In this document: positions 18,390 to 27,234 of the stretch, piece after piece
How positions within the stretch are numbered: position 1 is the stretch's first letter
Layout: each line of letters begins with the position of its first letter
Assembly (NCBI GenBank): GCA_964629675.1
Contig: CAZVUG010000010.1
Coordinates: 1 to 61,842 of the forward strand
DNA from: an uncultured Candidatus Saccharibacteria bacterium
GTDB taxonomy: Bacteria > Patescibacteriota > Minisyncoccia > Portnoybacterales > UBA2143
Direction: 5' to 3'
Length of the DNA: 61,842 nucleotides
Translations under genes and position numbers: made by a program
The notes under the pieces: generated by a model
Seen by the model: the letters and a program-made list of their open reading frames with translations, nothing else
What the model was told of the DNA's origin: nothing
Databases searched by the model: none

Positions 18390-20060
18390 ATGGATTCTAT
18401 AAATTTTTTTGCTGAAACTAATTTCCGCAATCAACAACAGCAATTTGGGATTAAAAAGTCTGATCGCCGAAAGCATTTTTACGTTATCGGAAAAACCGGC
18501 ATGGGAAAAACAACCCTGTTGGAAAATATGGCTATTCAAGATATTAAGGCAGGCAAAGGAATAGGCATAGTTGATCCTCATGGAGAATTTGCCCAGAAAA
18601 TGTTGAATTTTGTACCAGCCTCTAGAATAAATGATGTAATTTATTTCAATCCGGCTGACTTAGATTACCCAATTGCTTTTAACGCTATTGAAAAAGTTGA
18701 TCTTGAACACCGTCATTTAATTGCTTCTGGCTTAATCGGAGTTTTTAAAAAAATCTGGGCGGAAACATGGGGGCCGCGTTTGGAATATCTTTTAAGAAAT
18801 GCTATTCTGGCATTATTGGAATATCCGAGTTCTACTTTGCTGGGTATTATGAGAATACTGACTGATAAAGAATATCGCCAGAAAGTAATTACTAAAGTAG
18901 AAGATCCAGTAGTTAGAAGCTTCTGGACAGAAGAATTTACTAAGTATCCGGATCGCTTTATGGCTGAAGCAGTTGCCCCTATTCAAAATAAAGTAGGCCA
19001 ATTCTTAACTTCGCCGTTAATTAGAAACATTGTTGGTCAGACTAAATCAGCCATTAATATCAGGAAGATTATGGACGAGAAAAAAATCTTGGTCATGAAT
19101 CTTTCAAAGGGCTCTATTGGCGAAGACAATTCAGCTCTCCTTGGAGCAATGCTAATTACGCGCCTTCAACTAGCGGCAATGAGTCGGGTAGATATTCCAG
19201 AAGAAGAAAGAAATGACTTTTATCTTTACGTTGACGAGTTTCAAAATTTTGCTACAGAATCTTTCGCTAATATTCTTTCTGAAGCGCGAAAGTATCGTTT
19301 AAATTTAATTCTAGCTCATCAGTATATAAATCAGATGGAAGAAAAAGTCAGAGACGCTATTTTTGGCAACGTTGGCACTTTAGTCTCTTTCAGGGTAGGC
19401 GCTTATGACGCAGAATATTTAGAAAAAGAATTTGCTCCAGAATTTATAGCGCAAGATTTGGTTAATTTAGACTTTGCACAAATTTATTTAAAATTAATGA
19501 TTGACGGAATTGCCTCCCGCCCTTTTTCGGCTAAAACATTGTCGCCTCTTTCTCCTAACGTGGAAGGCCATAGTGAAAAAATTATCAAAACCTCTCGAGA
19601 AAGATATGCCAGCTCGCGCAAGCAAATAGAAGAAAAAATTGCTAAATGGAGCGGAATTATTAAAACTGAAAAGAAAATTAAAGAAGAAGATTTGAAAGGA
19701 GAGAATACTGAGGAAGAAAAACTTTATGACGCTCGCTGCTCGCGTTGCGGAAAGGAAATCAAGGTTAAATTTAAGCCCGATCAGGTTAGGCCAGTTTATT
19801 GCCCGCAGTGCCTGAAAGAAGTTAGGGAAGAAAAAGCCAAAGGAAAAAATTTAGAAGAGAAATCTCCAGAAAAAAGAGAAGAAAAGAAAGAAATAGAAAA
19901 AAAAGACAATGAGCAAAAAGAAATTTCTTTAAAAGAAGCTATTCAGCAAGAATTCCAGCCGATGAGAACTAAAAAGATAAGAAAAGAAATTGATTTAAAA
20001 GGTTTAAGAGAAGCTATCGAGGAGTCTCTATCTGCTTCTAAAAACAAAGAAGAAAAATAG
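18390..20060 (+). CDS. FtsK/HerA/VirD4(TraD)-superfamily P-loop ATPase (coupling-protein-like) with K/E-rich tail and CxxC-x17-CxxC zinc ribbon
   Basis: Walker A GKTGMGKTT, Walker B-like FYLYVDEFQNF, and LILAHQYINQ. No TM segment. The tail carries CSRC-GKEIKVKFKPDQVRPVY-CPQC, a spacing of exactly 17 residues. Confidence 0.75.
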   Translation: MDSINFFAETNFRNQQQQFGIKKSDRRKHFYVIGKTGMGKTTLLENMAIQDIKAGKGIGIVDPHGEFAQKMLNFVPASRINDVIYFNPADLDYPIAFNAIEKVDLEHRHLIASGLIGVFKKIWAETWGPRLEYLLRNAILALLEYPSSTLLGIMRILTDKEYRQKVITKVEDPVVRSFWTEEFTKYPDRFMAEAVAPIQNKVGQFLTSPLIRNIVGQTKSAINIRKIMDEKKILVMNLSKGSIGEDNSALLGAMLITRLQLAAMSRVDIPEEERNDFYLYVDEFQNFATESFANILSEARKYRLNLILAHQYINQMEEKVRDAIFGNVGTLVSFRVGAYDAEYLEKEFAPEFIAQDLVNLDFAQIYLKLMIDGIASRPFSAKTLSPLSPNVEGHSEKIIKTSRERYASSRKQIEEKIAKWSGIIKTEKKIKEEDLKGENTEEEKLYDARCSRCGKEIKVKFKPDQVRPVYCPQCLKEVREEKAKGKNLEEKSPEKREEKKEIEKKDNEQKEISLKEAIQQEFQPMRTKKIRKEIDLKGLREAIEESLSASKNKEEK

Positions 20061-20116
20061 AGATTCGATAAGTAATTTTCAAGTTCTTTTAACATTTTAA
20101 AAAAAGGAGGAGATTT

Positions 20117-20332
20117 ATGGTTGTATCTAGATGTGTAGTTTGTGGCAGGCCAACGGGTATGTTGTTTACAGATAAAAGGGAGGTGACCGGTGATATTTGC
20201 TCTTTCTGTCTAAAACTTTGTCTTCTAGAATTAAAACATAAGAAAGAGGGGGAAACTGGGAAAGCAAAAGAATGTTTTAACATGTTAAAAAATAGGGAGA
20301 CTCATGGGACAACCAGACATAGCGTTTATTAA
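20117..20332 (+). CDS. small zinc-ribbon protein (CVVC...CSFC)
   Basis: 71 aa. A strong SD (AGGAGGAG, 20105-20112) lies 4 nt from the ATG, and the gene has its own terminator. Confidence 0.55.
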   Translation: MVVSRCVVCGRPTGMLFTDKREVTGDICSFCLKLCLLELKHKKEGETGKAKECFNMLKNRETHGTTRHSVY

Positions 20333-20338
20333 TTTAAA

Positions 20339-20372
20339 CAAGGCAGACTAATGAAAAAGCCTGCCTTTTTTA
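20339..20372 (+). terminator. intrinsic terminator
   Basis: AAGGCAG / CTGCCTT stem with a 13-nt loop, followed by a T-run. Confidence 0.6.
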
Positions 20373-20414
20373 TTCTTGATTTAAGATTTTAAATAAGATA
20401 GAATAAGAAATATA

Positions 20415-22193
20415 ATGAATTCTCAAGAAATTCGGCATAAATTTTTTGATTTTTTTAAGAAAAAAGGGCACCAAATTGTCCCTTCTTCTTCTTTACTGCC
20501 TGATGATCAATCAGTTCTTTTTACTACTGCCGGAATGCAGCAGTTTACCCCCTATTTCACTGGAGAAATAAAGCCACCATACAAGAGAGCTTGTTCAGGG
20601 CAAAAATGCTTTAGAGTAAATGATATTGAAGAAGTCGGAGATAAAACTCACCATACTTTTTTCGAAATGCTGGGCAATTGGTCTTTTGGCGATTATTTCA
20701 AAGAAGAAGCTATCAATTATGCTTTGGAATTTCTAACTAAAGAATGCGGCTTAGCTAAAGACAGACTCTGGGTAACTATTTTCCAGGGTGATAAAGATGT
20801 TCCGAAAGATGAAGAATCATTTAGATTGTGGCTTAAGGCAGGCATTCCTCAAGAAAGAATTTTTGCGTTTGGGGCAAAAGATAATTTCTGGGGTCCGGTT
20901 GCTTCAACTGGCCCTTGCGGACCTTGCTCAGAGATCCACTATGATTTGACTGGCAAAGCTTGCTCTTTAGGAGAGAAATGCGGGCCAAATTGCCAGTGCG
21001 GGCGTTTTGTCGAGATCTGGAATTTGGTTTTTATGGAATACCGCAAAAAAGTGAATGGTTTAGAATACGAATATATCCCTCTGCCGCAAAAAAATATTGA
21101 CACAGGAATTGGCTTTGAAAGATTAACAGCTATTTTGCAGAATAAGGAATCTGCTTATCAGACTGATCTGTTTTTTCCTTTGATGGAAGAAGTAAGGAGA
21201 ATAGCTCCTGATCAGCAAGAAAACATTAATAAGCAAAGGATTATTGCTGACCATCTTCGAGCTGTCTGCTTTCTAATTGCTGATGGTGTTCTTCCGTCTA
21301 ATGTTGAGCAAGGATATATTCTCCGCCGGATTCTGAGAAGGATTATTGGACAGGGAAGATTTTGGAAATTAGAAAAAGACTTTCTTTATCCTTTGGTAGA
21401 AAAAGTTATTGAAATTTATAAAGATAATTATCCGGAATTAGCTGAAAAACATGCAAATATTCTGGAGGTAATTCAAAAAGAAGAAGAAAAATTTAGCCAA
21501 ACAATAGAAAAAGGCATTAAGCATTTTGAGAAAATTGCCAAGAAAGATATTGGCGGTCAAGAAGCATTTAACCTCTTTTCCACGTACGGCTTGCCTTTAG
21601 AAATGATTAAAGATTTATCAGACAAGAAAGGATTAAAAATAGACAAAAAAGGTTTTGAAAAAGCTTATCAAAAACATCAAAAACTAAGCCGAGTCGGGGC
21701 AGAAAAAAAATTTGGCGGACACGGATTAGGAGAGACTAGAATTTTTTCAGAAGCAGATCAAGAAAAAGTTAAAAGGCTTCATACGGCTACGCATCTTTTA
21801 CATCAAGCCTTACAAGATGTCTTGGGAAATGAAGTAAGGCAAATGGGCTCAGATATTAATCCAGAAAGGCTCCGCTTTGATTTTTCCTATTCGGACAAGA
21901 TGACTCCGGAACAAATTAAACAAGTAGAAAATATTGTTAATCAAAAAATTGAACAAGACTTGCCAATAAAATGCGAAGAAATGAATAAAGAAAAGGCAAT
22001 TAAATCTGGAGCTAAGGCTTTTTTTAAAAATAAATATGGCGAGAAAGTAAAAGTTTATTCAATAGGCGATTATTCTTTGGAAATTTGCGGAGGTCCGCAC
22101 GTTAAATCAACTAGAGAATTAGGACATTTTAAAATTAAAAAAGAACAATCAAGCAGTGCTGGCGTAAGAAGAATTAAAGCAATTTTAGAATAA
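20415..22193 (+). CDS. alaS: alanine--tRNA ligase, short form lacking the C-Ala domain
   Basis: N-terminus FFKKKGHQIVPSSSL...FTTAGMQQF. Editing-domain zinc motifs HTATHLLH and CGGPHV are present. The protein ends right after ...AGVRRIKAILE at 592 aa. Confidence 0.93.
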   Translation: MNSQEIRHKFFDFFKKKGHQIVPSSSLLPDDQSVLFTTAGMQQFTPYFTGEIKPPYKRACSGQKCFRVNDIEEVGDKTHHTFFEMLGNWSFGDYFKEEAINYALEFLTKECGLAKDRLWVTIFQGDKDVPKDEESFRLWLKAGIPQERIFAFGAKDNFWGPVASTGPCGPCSEIHYDLTGKACSLGEKCGPNCQCGRFVEIWNLVFMEYRKKVNGLEYEYIPLPQKNIDTGIGFERLTAILQNKESAYQTDLFFPLMEEVRRIAPDQQENINKQRIIADHLRAVCFLIADGVLPSNVEQGYILRRILRRIIGQGRFWKLEKDFLYPLVEKVIEIYKDNYPELAEKHANILEVIQKEEEKFSQTIEKGIKHFEKIAKKDIGGQEAFNLFSTYGLPLEMIKDLSDKKGLKIDKKGFEKAYQKHQKLSRVGAEKKFGGHGLGETRIFSEADQEKVKRLHTATHLLHQALQDVLGNEVRQMGSDINPERLRFDFSYSDKMTPEQIKQVENIVNQKIEQDLPIKCEEMNKEKAIKSGAKAFFKNKYGEKVKVYSIGDYSLEICGGPHVKSTRELGHFKIKKEQSSSAGVRRIKAILE

Positions 22194-22246
22194 AAGATAG
22201 TTGAATCAGGTTTGCCTTAAATGCCGGATTATTGTAAAATACAGTC

Positions 22247-23569
22247 ATGGAAAAAACAGATAACTTTTTTAAAAAATATCTGTCTGTTTTTGGAAAGAAA
22301 AATAAAGCTAAGCAAAATTATCTTTTAGCTTTAGATATTGGTACTGAATTAGCTAAAGCAATAATTTTTAAAGTAAGTAAAGAAGAGGCTGAGAATGGAT
22401 TAATTGTCGGCACTGGCTTTAAAAAACAAATACCAGAGCAAATGAGAGGCGGAGCGGTAACTGATATTAAAGGAGTAGCTTTAACTTGCCAAGGAGCTAT
22501 TGAACAAGCAGTTAAAAAAGCCGGCCTAAAACCTCAGCAAGCGATTATTGGAATCAGCGGAGAATTTATTAAAGGTTTCACGACTAATTTTGTTTACCAG
22601 CGAAATGATCCGCAAGAAAAAATTAGTTTGGTTGAATTACAGAATATTATTCAGAAAATTCAATGGAGAGCTTTTGATAAAGTGAGAAAAAAATTAGCCT
22701 GGGAAACTGGGCACTCTGAAATTGAAATAAAGCCTTTGACGGCTAGAATAGAAGAAGTTCGTATTGATGGACATCGAGTAACTAACCCGCTAGGATTTCA
22801 AGGCAAGGAAATCTTTCTAAGCATTTTTAATATTTACGGTCCATTAGTCCATTTAGGAGCTGTTGAAAATATTGCTTCTAGACTAAATTTAGATTTAATG
22901 TCGGTTGTTGCTGATCCTTATGCTCTTAGTCGAACTTCTGGATTCTCTCGGGAAATAGGAGCAATTTTTATTGATATTGGCGGAGGGACTACGGATGTAG
23001 CCTTAGTTAGACAAGGAAGAATAGAAGGAATTAAAAGCTTTGCTTTAGCGGGAAGAACTTTTACTAAGCGCCTTTCTCAAGAATTAGGAATTAGCTTTAA
23101 AGAAGCTGAGGATATTAAGATAGAATATTCCCGACAAGAAATAGGCAAAACAACCAAAAATCGAATTAGGGATATTTTAAAAAAGGATATGATCTTTTGG
23201 GCAGAAGGAATTGGCCTAGCCCTAGAAGAATTTGCCCAAGGAATAGATGAAAATTCTTCAGGGGCTGAATTTTTCCCTTCCCTATTTTTAATTTGCGGCG
23301 GCGGCGGCCTGCTTCCTGGATTAAAAGATATTTTAAAAAGAGAAGCCGTAGCTAAAGAATGGAAAAAGAGAATTCCTTTTATCAGTCCAATTCAAGTTGA
23401 GTTTTTAAATCTTTCGCAAATAAATGGAATTAAAGATAATGAAAAGATGCTGACTGGCTTGGAAAAAATTACCCCAGGAGCTTTAGTTGGTTTATCTATT
23501 GAAATGAATGCTGAAGAGAAAAAAACATTACCTTCACTTGTTTCTAAAGTAATAAGAATAATGCGTTAA
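22247..23569 (+). CDS. ftsA: actin-like ATPase of the FtsA family
   Basis: ALDIGTELAKA, FIDIGGGTTDVALV and LICGGGGLLPGL phosphate/adenosine motifs, plus a C-terminal amphipathic tail LPSLVSKVIRIMR. Confidence 0.65.
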   Translation: MEKTDNFFKKYLSVFGKKNKAKQNYLLALDIGTELAKAIIFKVSKEEAENGLIVGTGFKKQIPEQMRGGAVTDIKGVALTCQGAIEQAVKKAGLKPQQAIIGISGEFIKGFTTNFVYQRNDPQEKISLVELQNIIQKIQWRAFDKVRKKLAWETGHSEIEIKPLTARIEEVRIDGHRVTNPLGFQGKEIFLSIFNIYGPLVHLGAVENIASRLNLDLMSVVADPYALSRTSGFSREIGAIFIDIGGGTTDVALVRQGRIEGIKSFALAGRTFTKRLSQELGISFKEAEDIKIEYSRQEIGKTTKNRIRDILKKDMIFWAEGIGLALEEFAQGIDENSSGAEFFPSLFLICGGGGLLPGLKDILKREAVAKEWKKRIPFISPIQVEFLNLSQINGIKDNEKMLTGLEKITPGALVGLSIEMNAEEKKTLPSLVSKVIRIMR

Positions 23570-23584
23570 TTATATAATTTTAAT

Positions 23585-25324
23585 ATGGAAAATATTTTTA
23601 TCGAATCAGACCAAGAAATTACTTCAATTATTGATCGCCTTATGCAATCTGAAAGCCAAGAGGTCAATTTAATAATTCCGCCAGGCGCTCAGCTTTGCCA
23701 AAGCTCCATTAATCTAAAATTACTTAAAAGAGAAGCTGACAACATGAATAAGAAAGTTAATTTAATTCTGCCGGATCAAATTGAAGGAGAAGCAGCCGAA
23801 AGAATTGGTTTCTCTGTTAAAAGAGAAGGTGATTTTCCAGTTGAGTTTATTGCTCAAAAAGAAGAAAAAAAGGAAGTTAAAAAAGAAGACTTAATTAATG
23901 ATTTAGTAGCTAAATTAAGCATTGAAAAAGGGGGAAAAGATGATTTTAACTATCCGGCGGGAATTTATCCAAAAAAGATAGAAAAAATAAGGGAGAATAC
24001 AGCCAAAAGAATGGCTGATATTGTAGAATCAGAAAGAAGAAAAGCTTCTTTGAAAAAGATAGAAACAGAAAAAGCTGAACCAATTATTACTGAAGAACAA
24101 ATTCCTAAGGAAAAAATTTATACCGAAGAAGAAAAAAAGGCTAGCGAGCAACTTTTTAAAAAGTCTTCCTCCTCTAAATGGCCCAAAGTCTTTTTTGCTT
24201 TTATTATTCTGGGATTAATTGTCGGCGGTTCGGTAGTCTATCTGGCATTTCCTAAAAGTAAAATAACAATTTCTCCGAAAACCGAAGAAATAGATTTTAA
24301 TTTAGAATTAAAAGGAAGCACTTCTTTCTCTCAAATTAACGAATCAACAAATGAAGTTCCTTTAGAAGAGATTAGGATAGAAAAAACAGAGAAAAAAGAA
24401 TTTACTGCTACTGGAGAAGAGCAATTAAACCAAAAAGCTAAAGGCTTATTGACTGTCTATAATGAATATAGCTCTGTACCACAAACTCTCGTAGCAACTA
24501 CTCGCTTTATGTCAGATGAGGGAAAAATTTTCCGAATATCAGAAAACATCACTGTTCCAGGAGCAAAAATTGAAGAAGGTAAAATTATTCCTCAAGGAAT
24601 CGAAGTGGAAGTAACTGCTGATCAGCCTGGAAAAGAATATAATATTGGGCCAAGCAACTTTACTATTCCCGGCTTTAAGGGGTCATCTAAGTACGCTGGC
24701 TTTTATGCTAAATCTAATTCATCAATGGACGGCGGATCACAAGAGAAAGTAACCGTAGTTTCTAAAGAAGATTTAGAAGAAGCAGAAAAAGAATTCACTG
24801 ATCAGCTAGGAAACGAGTTAGAAGAGTCGCTAAAAGAACAGGTGCCAGAAGGAAGGGAAATAATAAAAGGCGGATTTAAAAAAGAAATAAGCGAAGTGTC
24901 TTTTAATAAAGAAGAAGGAGAGCAATCGGATAAATTTACTGGGAGCGTGACTGTTATTGTAAAAGCTTTAGTTTTTAATCAAGAAGATTTAAGAAAGATA
25001 GTAGATTTTAATTTAAATTCTAAAATTTCCCAAGATAGAATACTTGTTAATCAAACGCAAAAGATTAATTGGCCTGAAGAAGCCATTATTGATTGGGAAG
25101 AAGAAGATGCCTCATTTGTTTTAGGGGTAAAAGAATTGATCGGATATAAGATAGATGTCAATAAATTAAAAGAAGATTTGGCTGGTTTAGGGGAAATAGA
25201 AGTTAGAGAATACTTGTCTCATTGTCCGGAAATCCAAAAAAGTAAAATTACCCTTTGGCCTTTTTGGGTCAAAAAAATCCCTAGACAAAATGACAAGATT
25301 AATATAGAAATTAATTACGACTAA
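23585..25324 (+). CDS. bitopic membrane protein of unknown function with large extracytoplasmic domain
   Basis: 579 aa with an N-terminal cytoplasmic domain, a K/E-rich linker and a single TM (VFFAFIILGLIVGGSVVYLAF). The outer domain vaguely resembles baseplate J/gp47-like proteins, which is weak evidence. Confidence 0.6.
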   Translation: MENIFIESDQEITSIIDRLMQSESQEVNLIIPPGAQLCQSSINLKLLKREADNMNKKVNLILPDQIEGEAAERIGFSVKREGDFPVEFIAQKEEKKEVKKEDLINDLVAKLSIEKGGKDDFNYPAGIYPKKIEKIRENTAKRMADIVESERRKASLKKIETEKAEPIITEEQIPKEKIYTEEEKKASEQLFKKSSSSKWPKVFFAFIILGLIVGGSVVYLAFPKSKITISPKTEEIDFNLELKGSTSFSQINESTNEVPLEEIRIEKTEKKEFTATGEEQLNQKAKGLLTVYNEYSSVPQTLVATTRFMSDEGKIFRISENITVPGAKIEEGKIIPQGIEVEVTADQPGKEYNIGPSNFTIPGFKGSSKYAGFYAKSNSSMDGGSQEKVTVVSKEDLEEAEKEFTDQLGNELEESLKEQVPEGREIIKGGFKKEISEVSFNKEEGEQSDKFTGSVTVIVKALVFNQEDLRKIVDFNLNSKISQDRILVNQTQKINWPEEAIIDWEEEDASFVLGVKELIGYKIDVNKLKEDLAGLGEIEVREYLSHCPEIQKSKITLWPFWVKKIPRQNDKINIEINYD

Positions 25325-25331
25325 AAAAAGG

Positions 25332-25360
25332 TTGACTAATTTTGTTTTATAATTTAATAT
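25332..25360 (+). promoter_or_regulatory. candidate promoter of infA-ribosomal protein operon
   Basis: TTGACT-17 nt-TAATAT, 10 nt upstream of the GTG start of infA. Confidence 0.35.
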
Positions 25361-25369
25361 AGTTTAAAA

Positions 25370-25591
25370 GTGATACAACCACAAGAAAAAAATATTCAAG
25401 AGGGGGTAGTTATCGAAACCCTTCCTGGCCTTAGCTTCAAAGTTAAGCTCAATAATGGAAAAGAGATTTTAGCTCACCTTTCAGGCCGTATGCGCCTGAA
25501 TTTTATTCGGGTACTTATTGGAGATAAGGTAAAAGTAGAAATTAGCCCTTATGATGAAAATAGGGGAAGGATTATTTATAGAGAAAAATGA
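25370..25591 (+). CDS. infA: translation initiation factor IF-1
   Basis: 73 aa with a GTG start; [31 protein letters not shown]...[13 protein letters not shown]1-like fold signature. Confidence 0.95.
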   Translation: MIQPQEKNIQEGVVIETLPGLSFKVKLNNGKEILAHLSGRMRLNFIRVLIGDKVKVEISPYDENRGRIIYREK

Positions 25592-25701
25592 AAGTAAGAG
25601 CTTCCGTAAAAAAAATTTGTGCAAATTGTAAAATCGTCCGTCGCAAGGGGCGAGTTTATGTTATTTGTAAAAATCCGAAGCACAAACAAAGGCAAGGATA
25701 A
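25588..25701 (+). CDS. rpmJ: 50S ribosomal protein L36 (not in the ORF track, <60 aa)
   Basis: My own translation gives [37 protein letters not shown]. The start overlaps the infA stop as ATGA. Confidence 0.93.
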   Translation: MKVRASVKKICANCKIVRRKGRVYVICKNPKHKQRQG

Positions 25702-25703
25702 AT

Positions 25704-26093
25704 ATGCTTAGAATAGCTCAAGCCAATATTCCAGAAGATAAACCAATAAAAATAGCCATTACCTATATTTACGGAGTAGGTAATTCTTTAAGTAGTAAAA
25801 TTTTAACTAAAACAGGCATAGATCCAAATAAAAGGGCTAAGGATTTATCTACCCAAGAAATGAATCTTCTCCGAAAAGAAATTGAAGAAAATTATAAAGT
25901 GGAAGGCGATTTGAGAAGAGAAAAGATGATGAATATTAAAAGACTTAAAGATATTAAATGCTATCGGGGAACTCGCCATATTCGCAACTTGCCTGTTCGC
26001 GGACAAAAAACTAAAGTAAATACAAGAACAGTCAGGGGAAATTTAAGAAGAACTATTGGCAGCGGGCGATCAAAAGCTCCGGAAAAAACATAA
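25704..26093 (+). CDS. rpsM: 30S ribosomal protein S13
   Basis: LRIAQANIP...ITYIYGVG...YRGTRHIRNLPVRGQKTKVNTRT. Confidence 0.95.
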   Translation: MLRIAQANIPEDKPIKIAITYIYGVGNSLSSKILTKTGIDPNKRAKDLSTQEMNLLRKEIEENYKVEGDLRREKMMNIKRLKDIKCYRGTRHIRNLPVRGQKTKVNTRTVRGNLRRTIGSGRSKAPEKT

Positions 26094-26099
26094 AATATT

Positions 26100-26573
26100 A
26101 TGGGTAAAAAAAGAGTTATTGAAAAAACTGAAGCAGAGATTTTAAAAGAAACCGAAGAAAGAGAAGCCATTGAAAAAAAAGCTTCTCAAAAAGTTTATTC
26201 TCAAGAAAAAAAAGGGAAAAGCGCAAGCTTAAATCAGGCAAAAATTTATATCCAATCTACATATAATAATACCATTATTACTTTAACTGATATTAATGGT
26301 AATGTCATTGCCTGGTCGAGCGCTGGTCATCTCGGTTTTAAGGGGCCTAAAAAAGCTACCCCTTTTGCTGCTTCTCGGATAGTTGATTCTTTATTAGAAA
26401 AAGTTAAGAATCTAAACTTAAGTGAAGTAAGCGTTTTTGTTAAAGGAGTAGGCAGCGGTCGAGAATCAGCTATTAGAGCTTTAGCTAATCAGGGATTAGA
26501 AATAAGTTCAATTAAAGATGTTACTCCTATCCCCCATAATGGCTGTCGTCCACGCAAGCCAAGAAGAGTCTAA
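26100..26573 (+). CDS. rpsK: 30S ribosomal protein S11 with K/E-rich N-terminal extension
   Basis: [16 protein letters not shown]...[13 protein letters not shown]...[13 protein letters not shown]. Confidence 0.95.
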   Translation: MGKKRVIEKTEAEILKETEEREAIEKKASQKVYSQEKKGKSASLNQAKIYIQSTYNNTIITLTDINGNVIAWSSAGHLGFKGPKKATPFAASRIVDSLLEKVKNLNLSEVSVFVKGVGSGRESAIRALANQGLEISSIKDVTPIPHNGCRPRKPRRV

Positions 26574-26577
26574 ATAA

Positions 26578-27198
26578 ATGATTACTAACGATTGTAAAAA
26601 ATGTAGAAGAGCCGGACAAAAACTCTTTTTAAAAGGAGAGCGTTGTTTTGGCCAAAAATGTCCAATGACTAGAAGGCCTTATCCTCCAGGAATTCACGGA
26701 AAATCTTTAAGAAGAAGAGTCTCTGAATATGGCAAACAATTAATTGAAAAACAGAAAATTAGATATAGCTATGGCATTTCGGAAAAACAAATGAAAAATT
26801 ATTCAGCTAAGATTATTAATCGCAAAGGAGACAAGGAAGAGCTTTTTATTAATCTTTTAGAAAAACGCTTAGATAATGTTGTTTTTCGTTTAGGCTGGTC
26901 TCCTTCTCGCAAAAATGCCCGCCAATTAGTCAGTCATGGCCATATTTTAGTTAATGGCCGTAAAACAAATATTCCTTCTTATCAAGTTAAAAAAGGAGAT
27001 ATGATTAAAATTAAACAGCAAAGTTTGGCAAAAGGACCTTTCTCTGATCTAAAAACATCTTTAAAAAAATATCAAACTCCTGAATGGCTTTCCTTGGATA
27101 AAGAAAAAATGGAAGGAGAAATAAAAAGTCATCCTAAAAAAGAAGATATGGAAAAAATCAGCGATATCAGCATGATTATTGAGTACTATTCAAGATAA
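26578..27198 (+). CDS. rpsD: 30S ribosomal protein S4
   Basis: N-terminal Cys cluster CKKCRR...CFGQKCP and an S4 RNA-binding domain LDNVVFRLGW...ARQLVSHGHILVNG. Confidence 0.95.
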   Translation: MITNDCKKCRRAGQKLFLKGERCFGQKCPMTRRPYPPGIHGKSLRRRVSEYGKQLIEKQKIRYSYGISEKQMKNYSAKIINRKGDKEELFINLLEKRLDNVVFRLGWSPSRKNARQLVSHGHILVNGRKTNIPSYQVKKGDMIKIKQQSLAKGPFSDLKTSLKKYQTPEWLSLDKEKMEGEIKSHPKKEDMEKISDISMIIEYYSR

Positions 27199-27234
27199 AT
27201 TAAAGTTTTTAAAATTAATTAAAAAATTATTAAT

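Noticed and set aside
17008-20372. Reading the VirD4/TraD-like ATPase as evidence of an integrative conjugative element, plasmid remnant or prophage.
   Set aside because: No integrase, relaxase, replication gene, other T4SS components, flanking direct repeats or tRNA target occur nearby. Composition matches the surrounding housekeeping genes.
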